From Candidatus Thorarchaeota archaeon (GTDB lineage: Archaea > Asgardarchaeota > Thorarchaeia > Thorarchaeales > Thorarchaeaceae): a DNA stretch of 64,000 nucleotides. Below, in pieces: positions 49,038 to 60,000 of this stretch. The translations under genes were made by a program, and so were the position numbers. The notes under the pieces were generated by a model. The model was not told the DNA's origin. It did no database searches and saw only the letters and a list, made by a program, of their open reading frames with translations. Position 1 is the first letter of the stretch. Each line of letters starts with the position of its first letter. The DNA lies in assembly GCA_048882045.1 (NCBI GenBank), contig JBHLRZ010000001.1, forward strand, positions 96,001-160,000, written 5' to 3'.

Positions 49038-49673
49038 CTAGAATTCTCTCATCATTTCCCAGACGTCTTGTTCATCTTCCACAACATCCTCTGGAAGTTC
49101 GATGGGTGTACCAACCTGTCTTGCAGCCATGTAGATCTTACATGCTCGTTCTAAAAGAATAGATAGAAACAGTGCATCCTTGAGTGTCTTTGCAATACAG
49201 ACCGCTCCATGATTAGCAATTAACGCGGCACTTCTTTCTTCAATTGCTTCTGCAACATTCTTTCCGAGTTGTTTTGTACCTGGCTGGGCATATTCACTCA
49301 CTCGGACGTTTGCCCCGAGCTTTGGAACTATCTCATCAAGAATTGAAGGAAGTGACTCATGTAGAATAGCCATTGATGAGGCGTAGATACTATGCGTGTG
49401 TACAACTGCTAAAGCATCCATTCGGGTACGATAGAGTTCCAAATGCATGGGAAGCTCAACACTAGGATTACGATGACCCTCAATCGTTTCCCCCTGCAGA
49501 TCAGTCACCACAGTATCGTCTATTGTCATCTCAGAATAATGGACAGAACTTGGTGAAATCACTACATGTTCATCAACTCGAAGACTCGCATTCCCAGAAG
49601 ATCCAATGACAAGATTCTCTCCAAGCATTTGCAGACATATGTCAAGCAGTTCCTGTTTCTGTTTCTCATACAT
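49038..49673 (-). CDS. Class II aldolase (L-fuculose-phosphate aldolase-like)
   Basis: SGNASLR, PSVELPMH, VHTHS, NHG. Confidence 0.9.
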   Translation of the reverse strand: MYEKQKQELLDICLQMLGENLVIGSSGNASLRVDEHVVISPSSVHYSEMTIDDTVVTDLQGETIEGHRNPSVELPMHLELYRTRMDALAVVHTHSIYASSMAILHESLPSILDEIVPKLGANVRVSEYAQPGTKQLGKNVAEAIEERSAALIANHGAVCIAKTLKDALFLSILLERACKIYMAARQVGTPIELPEDVVEDEQDVWEMMREF

Positions 49674-49675
49674 TT

Positions 49676-51175
49676 CTAATCAGCCTCATGCCAAATCTCA
49701 GACCATTGAGTATAGTATCTTTTGTACATTTTTGCACGACTATCAGGTTCATATATTGGCCTCCATTTGACCATTGCCTTGGATGCCTTTTCAAGCGACG
49801 AGTAATGATCGATACCTGTGGCAGCACAAATTGCCGCACCAAGAAGACTTCCCTCAGACTGTAGAGGTGTATTAACAGGCTTATTCAGAACGTTTGCAAG
49901 CATCTGAGGCCATGTGTTGGATTGACTCATACCTCCAATTGTCTTGATGGCAATAGATTCCCTGAATCCTTCCAACTGGTCAACATTTCCCTTGATGGCA
50001 TAAGCTATATTCTCGATTACTGCATGAATGAAGTGAGGAACATCAAGAGGTTTGATTTGTGGCAGTGTAGGTTGTGGAAATATCATTCGAGCTTGCTTCA
50101 CGTCTGTGAAATTCTTTGCATTCATTATGCTGGGACCCACAGCAACATAGGTGTCATTGCTTCCTGCAGCAACTTCTTTGACAATTTCATCAAGTGAATC
50201 AAAGGTTCGTTGAGCGCATTTTTCAGGATTCTCAGACCTTTCACATAGGAATTTAACAGCCCACTCGAGGTTTGCACCAGTCATTGTTGCATTACTCTCG
50301 AGTACCCATTCTCCTTTGAATATATGAGAGCCAGTCCAGATTTTTTGATCGGAGGAACAAATCCACTCATCAATTATCATCATCACTGGTGCAGTGCTTC
50401 CTGCAATCACTGTGATGTCACCCTTTTTTGATTCACTCGCTAGTAGTGCACAATGCGTATCTGCCCCACCCAAAACAACTGAAAGCCCTTCAGGAAGACC
50501 ACAACTTCGAGAGGCAGTTTTAGTAACAGAACCGACGATTGTGCCAGCTTCCCGTATGTCTGGAAGTATATTCAGGTCAACATTAACAGATGATGCAACC
50601 TTCTCGCTCCAAGTACCTTTCTGGATGTCAAGAAAACCAGTACCTCCTGCAGATGAGAGGTCTGTGACATATTCTCCAGATAGTTTGTACGTGAGCCAAT
50701 CGCAGAGAGGCAGAAGATGTGCAATAGACTCAAAGATCTCAGGTTCCTCTTCCTCAAACCAACTTAATCGTGCAGGAGAGAACATTAGAGGCGGCCAGCA
50801 GCCAGTTATCTCATGATATTGCTCACCTAGAGCTTCATCAATGATGTACTGATTCATAGCTCCACGAGCATCCAAATTTGGACTGCCATGGAGTTCAGTT
50901 CCGTGTTCATCGAGCAAGACAATGCCATGACGTTGACTAGTTGTTGAAATTGCTTCTAATTCCGAGGTTTTTAACTTTGAAATCCTGATTGCTTCTTTGA
51001 CAACTGTACTCACTAATTTCCAGAAGTCAGTGGGATTGAACTCCAATGCAATTTCTAGATCTTGATGAGATGTGTATCCCCAAGATCTTCTTGAAACCCC
51101 GAGAACTTTCCCTGCAGTATCCAAGATCATGCATCGGACTCCAGTTGTCCCAGCATCTATTGCAGCTATTGCCAA
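49676..51175 (-). CDS. FGGY family carbohydrate kinase (LsrK-like)
   Basis: IDAGTTGVR, LEFN, TSQRHGIVLLD..NLDAR, GGADT, GG.S.S..W.QMLA. Confidence 0.88.
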   Translation of the reverse strand: MAIAAIDAGTTGVRCMILDTAGKVLGVSRRSWGYTSHQDLEIALEFNPTDFWKLVSTVVKEAIRISKLKTSELEAISTTSQRHGIVLLDEHGTELHGSPNLDARGAMNQYIIDEALGEQYHEITGCWPPLMFSPARLSWFEEEEPEIFESIAHLLPLCDWLTYKLSGEYVTDLSSAGGTGFLDIQKGTWSEKVASSVNVDLNILPDIREAGTIVGSVTKTASRSCGLPEGLSVVLGGADTHCALLASESKKGDITVIAGSTAPVMMIIDEWICSSDQKIWTGSHIFKGEWVLESNATMTGANLEWAVKFLCERSENPEKCAQRTFDSLDEIVKEVAAGSNDTYVAVGPSIMNAKNFTDVKQARMIFPQPTLPQIKPLDVPHFIHAVIENIAYAIKGNVDQLEGFRESIAIKTIGGMSQSNTWPQMLANVLNKPVNTPLQSEGSLLGAAICAATGIDHYSSLEKASKAMVKWRPIYEPDSRAKMYKRYYTQWSEIWHEAD

Positions 51176-51187
51176 GTCATTCCACCT

Positions 51188-52192
51188 CTAATCATAGACC
51201 TCTGGATTGAGTATGTGTGTAAGTCTCTCTCCTTTTAGAAATGCCTTGATATTTGATACAATAATGGATGATTGTCTGAGTATAGTTTCCTTTGTGTTAC
51301 CTCCCATGTGGGGCATTACAGTCACATTGTTCAACTCAAGGAATTCGTTGTCACTATCAACTGGTTCCATGGAAAAGACATCAAGACCAGCCCCTGCTAT
51401 TTTACCAGACTGGAGGGCTTCCTTGAGAGCGTATTCATCTATGATAGATGCTCTTGCGGTGTTGATGAAAACTGCCGTATTCTTCATCAAGTCAAACTCT
51501 TTGGCACCAAGCATCCCACGAGTTTCTTCTGTTGGAGCACAGTGGACTGTAACAATGTCAGAATGTTTCAAAAGTTCCTCAAGCTCGACGACCGAACCAT
51601 TGACGTCCTCGACCCGATCTTTGTCTGCATACGGATCAGCGATTAGAATCTCAACTTCAAATCCTTTGAGTCGTTTAGCAACCTCATACCCAATCTGCCC
51701 TAACCCAATGATGCCAACTGTCCGACCTTTGAGTTCAAACCCCATGAGGTCATTATACATCTTCCCGAAATCTTTGAAGTCATCAACAAAAAACTCACTC
51801 TTGAGAAGACGTTCTGCAGCTGTGATATTTCGCAACTGTGAAAGCATCAGCGCAATTGCGAGCTCTGCAACTGCATTTGTATTTCGACCTGGTACCGATA
51901 TCACAGGGATTCTCTTAGATGTGGCAGCAGAAACTGAGATGTTGTTTGGGTTCCCTCTGACAGATCCAACCAGCTTCAGATCGTGACCCTCAATGACGTC
52001 CTCTTTAATCTCATCACCTTCTACAATAACAATGTGATAGTTACCCTCCTTGATGACTGGAAGTAATGAACCACCCAAGTACAGTTTTCCTGTTTCCAGC
52101 CAACACTGATAGTCAACCTCGAGACCCTCTGACCGAAGTTCCTCAAGTGATTCCTCAGTGAGTGGAGCAGTGACGAGAACACGCAAAGACAA
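51188..52192 (-). CDS. D-isomer-specific 2-hydroxyacid dehydrogenase
   Basis: PGRNTNAVAE, GIIGLGQIG, INTARA, LDVF..EP, PHMGG. Confidence 0.9.
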   Translation of the reverse strand: MSLRVLVTAPLTEESLEELRSEGLEVDYQCWLETGKLYLGGSLLPVIKEGNYHIVIVEGDEIKEDVIEGHDLKLVGSVRGNPNNISVSAATSKRIPVISVPGRNTNAVAELAIALMLSQLRNITAAERLLKSEFFVDDFKDFGKMYNDLMGFELKGRTVGIIGLGQIGYEVAKRLKGFEVEILIADPYADKDRVEDVNGSVVELEELLKHSDIVTVHCAPTEETRGMLGAKEFDLMKNTAVFINTARASIIDEYALKEALQSGKIAGAGLDVFSMEPVDSDNEFLELNNVTVMPHMGGNTKETILRQSSIIVSNIKAFLKGERLTHILNPEVYD

Positions 52193-52350
52193 GTTCCTCC
52201 ATAATCAAAGCTAATCTGTGTTTTCTTGTCCCTTTAAACATTCATCGAATTATTGTAAAACGAACAAGTTTGCGGCACAAACCGCGATGCGCTTCAAAGA
52301 TTGTCAACGCCTTATATTCATTCTATGTATGTTAATACCTGTGATTTACA

Positions 52351-53097
52351 ATGTCTGAATCTGCGATTAAGATAACAAATCTGACAAAACGGTTCGATGA
52401 CATTACAGCCGTCGATGATCTCAGTCTTGAGATTGGGTGGGGCGAGCTGTTTGGTATCCTCGGACCGAATGGTGCAGGAAAAAGCACTACTGTCAATATA
52501 CTCAATACACTTCTCGAGCCCTCTGAAGGGTCTGCCACAGTAGATGATCATGACGTTGTCTTTGATCCAGAGGGAGTTAGAGAAGTAATTGGTGTCTGTC
52601 CTCAGGAGCCGGCATTCTATCCACATCTTACTGGAAGAGAGAACATCATCCTCATGGGAGATATGCATCTCGTTCCAAAGGATGTCCTAAAAGACCGGCT
52701 CAATAACATGGTCGAGAAGATTGGGATGGAGGACCACATTGATAGACGTGCAAAGAAGTACAGTGGAGGAATGATTCGTCGAGTCAGTATGCTCATGGCA
52801 CTCATCAGCGATCCAAAGATTGCTCTTCTAGATGAACCAACTGTTGCCATGGATCCAAAATCTCGCCGTGCAGTATGGGACTTCATTCGCGAGCTGAAGG
52901 AGAGAGGTAAGACAGTCATCCTGACCACTCACTACATGGAAGAAGCTCAGGAGCTATGCGACAGAGTGGCCATCATTGATGAAGGCAGCTTGATTGAAAT
53001 CGGTTCTCCTGAAGAACTCATGCAAAAACACAACGCAAAGAACTTGGAAGAGGTCTTCCTAAAACTCACTGGAAAGAAACTGAGGGAGGCGGTCTAG
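52351..53097 (+). CDS. ABC-2 exporter ATP-binding protein
   Basis: GPNGAGKST, YSGGM, LDEPT, TTHYMEEA. Confidence 0.92.
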   Translation: MSESAIKITNLTKRFDDITAVDDLSLEIGWGELFGILGPNGAGKSTTVNILNTLLEPSEGSATVDDHDVVFDPEGVREVIGVCPQEPAFYPHLTGRENIILMGDMHLVPKDVLKDRLNNMVEKIGMEDHIDRRAKKYSGGMIRRVSMLMALISDPKIALLDEPTVAMDPKSRRAVWDFIRELKERGKTVILTTHYMEEAQELCDRVAIIDEGSLIEIGSPEELMQKHNAKNLEEVFLKLTGKKLREAV

Positions 53098-53099
53098 AG

Positions 53100-54260
53100 A
53101 TGAACCGCAGAAGAATTCTAGCATTAACAAAGAAGAATCTGAAGATGTTGACCAGAGAACCAGCTGTCCTCTTTATGCTGATTATATTCCCCCTTGCAAT
53201 GACCTTCGTATTTGGAGTTGCATTTGGTGGTATTGGTGGAGGAGGCACAACCAGTTTCGATGTTGGTCTTCTGAATCAGGATGTTACTAGTCCACAGGGA
53301 GAGTGGAGCCAGGCCTTTGCTAACAACCTTACTTCATCAGAAGTATTTGTCATCCATAACTTTGATGACAATGTCACTGGCCAGGACGCACTCCTGCAAG
53401 GAAATATTGATGCTTTCATTGTGATTCCTGAAGGCTTCGGCGTAAGCATTGAATCATACTATGGTTCTCCGTTCGATCCCAGTGCTTGGGACAACTCAAC
53501 AATTGGCTTGTATGTCGATAGCGGCTCAATGATGGCAGTGTCAGCCGTTCCACCGCTTGTCCAAGAGGTTCTTTTTAAGACAATCTTTGGAGAGGACGCA
53601 ATTGCTATTGGTCTGCCTGTGGAGATTAGTAGTCCTGCTCTCGTTGAGTCTAGTACTCTCACTCAATGGGATTTCATGGCCCCAGGAATCTTTGCATTCG
53701 CAGCAATATTCATGACCATGATTGTTGCACAGTCAATGACTGTAGAGAGGGATGAGGGTCTCCTGAGAAGACTGAGGACAACACCTGCCTCATCAGGTGA
53801 CTACATGCTAGGGCACACCTTCTCCTACATGATAATTGCAGTAGTCCAGGTCACTCTAGTCCTTATGACCTCCTACTTGATGGGGTACAGACCATCAACT
53901 GGAATTGCAGGGATAGGTTTCACATTTGTGATCTCTCTGGCATTCTCACTGGTGTCTGTAGGCTTCGGTCTCATCTCAGCGACACTATCCAAGTCAGCTG
54001 AAACATCGACAGGAATAAGCTTTGTATTCATCATGCCCCAGCTGTTTCTTGGCACATTCATGCCACTTGGAGGTGGAATGGAGGTTATTGCCAACTTCAT
54101 GCCAAGCAAGTACATCACCGACGCGATAACAACTCTGTTCCTCAGGGGAGCTCCGATTACTGCTACAGTAATCTGGGTCGAGCTAGCCATCGTGTCATTA
54201 GTGGGAGTCCTACTCATCGCAGTGGGAATCATCCTGTTCGAAAGGCAGGGCACTCGCTAG
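53100..54260 (+). CDS. ABC-2 exporter permease
   Basis: TM1, extracytoplasmic loop, PG..ERDEGLLRRL.TTP. Confidence 0.9.
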   Translation: MNRRRILALTKKNLKMLTREPAVLFMLIIFPLAMTFVFGVAFGGIGGGGTTSFDVGLLNQDVTSPQGEWSQAFANNLTSSEVFVIHNFDDNVTGQDALLQGNIDAFIVIPEGFGVSIESYYGSPFDPSAWDNSTIGLYVDSGSMMAVSAVPPLVQEVLFKTIFGEDAIAIGLPVEISSPALVESSTLTQWDFMAPGIFAFAAIFMTMIVAQSMTVERDEGLLRRLRTTPASSGDYMLGHTFSYMIIAVVQVTLVLMTSYLMGYRPSTGIAGIGFTFVISLAFSLVSVGFGLISATLSKSAETSTGISFVFIMPQLFLGTFMPLGGGMEVIANFMPSKYITDAITTLFLRGAPITATVIWVELAIVSLVGVLLIAVGIILFERQGTR

Positions 54261-54288
54261 GAGTCCTTCGGGACTCCGTCCTTTTTCT
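54260..54288 (+). terminator. C(UUCG)G hairpin + T-tract terminator
   Basis: GGAGTCC-TTCG-GGACTCC then GTCCTTTTTCT immediately after the stop. Confidence 0.75.
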
Positions 54289-54348
54289 ATTAGAGTTATT
54301 AGGGAGAGTTTCGAAAGTGAAAATGCTCCATAAAACTGAGGTGAGTGC

Positions 54349-55026
54349 ATGAGCCCAGAGAATTCCGAAGATAATGAAGAAATGGTCGAAAAAGCAAAGC
54401 AGCTCCTTTTGCTCACGGATTTGATTGACAAGTATCCAATAGTTGTAGGACGCCGAGTAGCTGGTCTGGTGTACATAATTATTGCTGGAGGAATATCATT
54501 TACGACATTGACATTCATGTTTCTACTGAACATTCTGGGACCAGGAGACCCATTCCTAATCAATTTAGGATTTGTTTTTCTAAGCCTGTTCTTCTCGTGG
54601 ATTGTCGCTTTTAGACTGATAGTACCACTGACACGTTCCTATCCCCAACCACTCCAAAATGATCAAGAGGGCAAGTATGTCTTTGCTGTCTGGGGAATTC
54701 TGGGAGCAGCGATTGTAATAGTTTCACTTATCCTATTTCCATCAGGGATGACCGATCAATTCCCTCCAGCGCTACAATCGATAATGGGAATAGGTTTTCT
54801 TTCCAACTATATATTGGCAAGGAAAAGTGGGCAGGAGGGACTCGTCACTCGGGAACATTTCTATTTTGCAATAGCTGCCTTTCTCAGCGTAATCCCAATG
54901 TTGATGTTTCCCGTCTTTGCGTATGTTCTTCTAGTCGTAGTAGATATGGGTGGTATTTACATAATCGGGATCTATATGCTTGTTACAGCTGAACAACTAC
55001 TTCTAGAAAGCGAAGGACAGGGATAG
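54349..55026 (+). CDS. Membrane protein
   Basis: About 6 hydrophobic helices; GAGGTG RBS; upstream of wHTH gene. Confidence 0.7.
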   Translation: MSPENSEDNEEMVEKAKQLLLLTDLIDKYPIVVGRRVAGLVYIIIAGGISFTTLTFMFLLNILGPGDPFLINLGFVFLSLFFSWIVAFRLIVPLTRSYPQPLQNDQEGKYVFAVWGILGAAIVIVSLILFPSGMTDQFPPALQSIMGIGFLSNYILARKSGQEGLVTREHFYFAIAAFLSVIPMLMFPVFAYVLLVVVDMGGIYIIGIYMLVTAEQLLLESEGQG

Positions 55027-55028
55027 GT

Positions 55029-55373
55029 TTGAGTCTAGATGGGGATCTCCTATCAGCATTGGTAGGACTCATGGAAGAAGACCGTGAAACAATGGTCCCC
55101 ACAAGACTCTCTATTCTAGTGTATCTCTACTTCACTCAGTATGCAACTTTTCCAGTCCTTCAGAAGAAGCTTGGCCTGACATCAGGAAATCTCTCAAGCC
55201 ATCTCAGAAAGCTGGAAGAACTGGGATTGATCAGAATTTCGAAACGATTTGTCGATCTAAAACCAACAACATTTGCAGTCTTGACAAAAGAGGGAGCTGA
55301 GCAAGTGAAAAGCCAAATGGTCCGCATGCGTGAATTGGTATCGAAGGTTGTAGAAAAGGGACCAATATCATAG
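55029..55373 (+). CDS. Winged-HTH transcriptional regulator (HTH_34-like)
   Basis: RLSIL..LGLTSGNLSSHLRKLEELG..LTKEG. Confidence 0.88.
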   Translation: MSLDGDLLSALVGLMEEDRETMVPTRLSILVYLYFTQYATFPVLQKKLGLTSGNLSSHLRKLEELGLIRISKRFVDLKPTTFAVLTKEGAEQVKSQMVRMRELVSKVVEKGPIS

Positions 55374-55700
55374 CAGTAGTTTTTGTAACTTCAACAGGTC
55401 TGGCACTTCACCCTTGGTTTTGAGCTTCCCGGCTGAATAAGCAGCCATTGGGCTTTCTGTCTTCTCAATGATTGCAAAGAATACCGGAGAATCCATGGTC
55501 ACCTGAAGTTCAGCATCAACCTCTCCCTCACCAACCTCCAGAAGTTCTGCATCACCAATCTTCATGAACATCTTGGAATCAATATCAGGAAAGATGAACA
55601 AGAGGGTCTTGTTGTATTCCTTGAACCTTCGTTGTATCTTTGGATCTTGGAAGCGTTCTCCAAGAGTCTGAAGAGTTGTGAGTATCTTTTCCTTTGACAT
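55368..55700 (-). CDS. SCP2 sterol/lipid-binding domain protein
   Basis: SPMAAYSAGKLKTKGE..L.KL motif. Confidence 0.8.
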   Translation of the reverse strand: MSKEKILTTLQTLGERFQDPKIQRRFKEYNKTLLFIFPDIDSKMFMKIGDAELLEVGEGEVDAELQVTMDSPVFFAIIEKTESPMAAYSAGKLKTKGEVPDLLKLQKLLL

Positions 55701-55808
55701 GCAGGCACCAATCTTGAGAGTCACACAGCCCGAGTTATATCTTATTATAACTAACCGGTTGATTTATTAACAATAGTTCATTTTCTGTTCTGTCAATTTG
55801 GCGAGAGG

Positions 55809-56912
55809 ATGATTTTGGCTGAACCGCAAGAAAGCATACCAAAGATAAGTAGGTACAGAAATTCTGCCACTTATGCGTGGGTCGGTGGTTGGATCTTCGC
55901 TGTTGTTTTCACACTCATCATTTGGTTCCTTGGTCCGTTCTTGGATCCAGTACTGGGAACACTGCTTCCTGACGCAGGAGCTGAATGGTATTACTGGAAG
56001 TTGCCAGTGCGTGATTTCATAACAATGCTCATTGTATGGACATTCTATCTGGCTCACCAGTTCACATTGTGGGGTTCAATTTACTGGGCAAGAAAAAACT
56101 TGGACCACCTTAAAGCAAATCCATCAAGAGGGTTGACAAAATATAATCAGGCTGCAATTATCATAAACGTGTTCTTCATCTTGCTCCATCTTGTTCAAAC
56201 ACACATCTGGTTTGATGGACTTGCGCAAGATGTGCCTATCTGGACGAGTCAGGGGTCAGTGATTGTCATGCTTGCGCTTATTCTGATAATTGAGAATCCC
56301 AGCCGAGGTTTATTCTTAGGCAAGAAGATGGGCAAACCGATGACTGCCCGTGTTTCAGGGTTCTTTAGAAGAAATCATGGATACATCATATCATGGGCGA
56401 TTGTATACACGTTCTGGTTCCATCCAATGGCGTATGACCCACAGCTCATCTCAGGGTTCTTCTACATGTTTCTACTCTTCACTCAGATATCTCTGGCATA
56501 CACTGTGGTGCATGTCAACAAAGGTTGGATTGTCTTTCTGGAGAGTTTTGTTGGAATACATGCATTTGTTGTAGCTACCTTTACTGCTTCACAGGCGGCG
56601 ACTGGGATCTGGGTAATGTTTACTACAGGATTTGCGTTCATGTTTGTATTCACCTACATGTTTGCGTTCAAGGTGAGGAGAGAAATCAAGTGGGGAGTGT
56701 TTATAGGATACACTGCAGCTCTGGCTTGGATTTACCTACCAAGTGAGTTTGGTGGATATGGCAGAGCTTTGACATATCTAATGAGACTTGAGATGCTGTG
56801 GATTCCTATCATCCTCTATCTCCTTGCAATTGTCTTTGCAGGACTTGTATACATCTATCTGAAGGTTAAGGAATCTAGGTCGCAAAAACAGGACGAGGAA
56901 GAAGGAGATTAA
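55809..56912 (+). CDS. Multi-pass membrane protein
   Basis: About 9 TM helices with conserved-looking His residues (LHLVQTH.WFDGLAQD, FWFHP). Confidence 0.75.
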   Translation: MILAEPQESIPKISRYRNSATYAWVGGWIFAVVFTLIIWFLGPFLDPVLGTLLPDAGAEWYYWKLPVRDFITMLIVWTFYLAHQFTLWGSIYWARKNLDHLKANPSRGLTKYNQAAIIINVFFILLHLVQTHIWFDGLAQDVPIWTSQGSVIVMLALILIIENPSRGLFLGKKMGKPMTARVSGFFRRNHGYIISWAIVYTFWFHPMAYDPQLISGFFYMFLLFTQISLAYTVVHVNKGWIVFLESFVGIHAFVVATFTASQAATGIWVMFTTGFAFMFVFTYMFAFKVRREIKWGVFIGYTAALAWIYLPSEFGGYGRALTYLMRLEMLWIPIILYLLAIVFAGLVYIYLKVKESRSQKQDEEEGD

Positions 56913-56924
56913 TCTCCTTTCCTC
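56895..56924. terminator. Palindrome overlapping stop codon, possible terminator
   Basis: 18-bp perfect palindrome AAGGAGATTAATCTCCTT (56902-56919) flanked by GAGG/CCTC. Confidence 0.45.
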
Positions 56925-57055
56925 TCCAAAGTATTAACACAAATTAGAACACATGTTCCAACTAAATAAGTTAACGCTGTGAAGCCTCTGACAGAAAGAT
57001 TATATCGCCTGTTCCATTGGAGCCAATGTCACTACGGTGCCTTGGAGAATTTACG

Positions 57056-60000
57056 ATGGTCAGCGACTCAGCCAAGAAACCAGAACACAAGACCAAACCT
57101 ACTGATGTCCTAGTGATAGGTGGCGGAATGGCAGGAATCAATGCATCCCTGGGTCTTGCAAACGGTGGTCATCACGCTCACATGATTGAGAAATCAGTGA
57201 ACATTGGAGGGAACTATGTTGCTATCTACAAGATATTCCCTGCTCTCGAGTGTTCAGCCTGTGTCATGACACCATTAACATCATTTGTTGGCAAACACCC
57301 GAACATCACGATTCACCCATTGTCAACTGTTGAGAAAGTGACTGGGAAAGAGGGCGATTTCACAGTCACCATTCGAAAGAAAGCACGTTATGTTAACGAG
57401 GACAAATGTACTGGTTGTCAGCTCTGCATTCGTTCATGCCCCGTTGAAGTACCCAATGAATATGACAAGGGACTATCACTCAGAAAGGCAATCTACATGA
57501 ACTTCCCTCAGCAGATACCGCTGATTGCGACTATCGACAGGGACGCCTGTATCGGGTGTGGGACCTGTGAGTCAGTGTGTCCACAGGACTGTATCATGTA
57601 TGACGATGAGGACAAGGTGTTTGATCTCAACGTAGGCTCTATTATCATGGCAACCGGGTTCCAGGAGTACAGGCCACTTGACTACAGCGAGTACGGATAC
57701 GGAATTTTCCCAAACGTTGTCACAACGATGGAGTATGATCGGCAGAGCCATCCGACAGGTCCGACAGATTCTCACATGGTAAGACCTTCAGATGGAAGAG
57801 AGCCAGAGAAAATCCTCTTCGTCAACTGCGTAGGAAGCAGAGACGTGAGGGAGAACATCAGTGGGTACAGCGAGCACTGCAACAGGGTTTGTTGTTCATT
57901 TGGACTCAAGCTCGCACAGGTAACCAGGATGCACTATCCTGAGGATCATTGTGAGATCATTTACACATACATGGATATGCGAACCGCTGGCAAAGCTCTC
58001 GAGGAGTTCTTGTGGGACTCACAGAGGAACCGTGGAATCAATTTCATTCGCGGCAGAGTGTCTGAGATTCAGGAAGACCCAGACACTCATGACCTGTTTG
58101 TAAAGATGGAGAACACAGACACTGGAGAGATAATCGAGATTGACAAGATATCCATGGTGGTCCTCAATGCTAGTTTCAGACCAAGTGAGGGAAGCGCGGA
58201 GTTAGCAAAAATACTCAAGATTGATCTCAGTGATGCAGGATGGGTCAAAGAGAAGCATCCCAATGCATCAGCACTCGAAACAAACCGCCCAGGAATCTTC
58301 GTTGCGGGTTGTGCTCATGGTCCAAGAGACGGAACTGATTCTGTGAATGAAGGGAAGGGAGCTGCAATGGCAGCCCACTCTATCCTTCCAGTTCCCACCC
58401 CAGAGCCAGCTCCTGAAATCCCACCAGCTGATCTCGGCGATGAACCACGCGTGGGTGTCTTCATTTGCCACTGCGGAGGTATCATTGGAAATGAGATTAG
58501 CTCTCCTGGTCTTGCTGACTGGGCGAAGGACCTTCCGAATGTTGTCTATTCGACTGATTACATCTTCATGTGTAGCGACCCAGGGCAACAATTAGTGACT
58601 GATGCCATCAAGGAGCATAAACTGAATCGCGTAGTAGTTGGCTCATGCTCACCCTTGCAACACGAATCTACCTTTAGGAGTGCACTAGAGGCGGCAGGAC
58701 TCTCAGGCTACTACCTTGTAGGACCTGTAGGCCTCAGAGAGCATCTTGCACTGGTTCACGTGAATGAGGACCCTGAGATCCGACAGGAAAAGGCACAAGA
58801 CATGATACGAAGTGCAGTGGCAAAGGCTGTGAACAATGAGGAGGTCCCACTGAAGAAGGTCGATGTGACCCCTGTATCAATGGTTGTCGGTGGTGGAGTT
58901 TCAGGAATGACTGCAGCTCTTGACATTGCACGAAAAGGTTTCGAAGTCATTCTTGTTGAGAAACAGGAGAAACTTGGGGGAAGACTAAACGAGCTTTACC
59001 ATGTGTTTCCGGAGATGATGTCAGCCCAAGACATTGTGGACGACCTTGTTTCCAGAGTGGAAAAGGAGAAACGGATACAGGTCCTTCTGAACTCAAAGGT
59101 GATAGCGCGAGAGGGTTCCTACGGAAATTATGACATCACTGTAAAGAACTCTGAGTCAGGAGAAGAGGAAGTCCATCGAATTGGCTCAATGGTCATCACT
59201 GTCGGAACCGATGTTTATGAGCCCAAACAGGGAGAGTATGGGTGGGGCGAAGTCCCTGGAGTGATTTCGACTCTTGAACTCGAGAGAAGACTACGAAATG
59301 GCGAGATAAAGAAGCCACCAAAGAACCCGGTGTTTATCCATTGTGTCGGTTCAAGACAGAATCCGGGTGAGGGCAACAGGTACTGTTCCAGGGTGTGCTG
59401 TTCAGCAGTCATTACAATGCAAAATGAATTGAAAGAGATGTTTCCAGACATCAAAATATTCTCAGCCTATAAAGAACACATCCGACCATTTGCCAATGGG
59501 ATGGAAGAGATGTGGCGTGAGAACAGACAGAAGGGAATAGCATATCTACGATGGGACAGGGACAAACCAGTCACTGTTGAAAAGGACCCAGACGCTGATT
59601 CAGCCATCGTGACAATTTACGACACACTCTCACAGGAAACGTTGAAAATCAAGTCAGATCTTGTGATTCTGGCTCTTGGACTTGAGGCACCACATGATGT
59701 TGATCAGTTTGTGAAGGCGATGGGTATCAACCGAGGGCAGGATGGATTCCTCGCAGAGATGCACATGAAGTACAAGCCCGTAGAAACAACAGTGCCCGGA
59801 GTCTTCCTTGGTGTAACCTATGCCAAGAACATCAGTGACTCAGTCAATCAAGCTCGGGGTGCAGCTAGCGAGGCATGTATCCCACTGAACCTAGGGACTG
59901 TAGAGATTGAACTCCTCACAGCTGAGGTAAATCAAGACCTCTGCGTGGGTTGTGACCTGTGTCACTACTCAGATATCTGTCCATACGACGCTGTTTCGAT

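Noticed and set aside
51207-51986. 259-aa plus-strand ORF
   Set aside because: Antisense shadow of the 2-hydroxyacid dehydrogenase; Ser-rich with no motifs. The same applies to most short overlapping ORFs in the track
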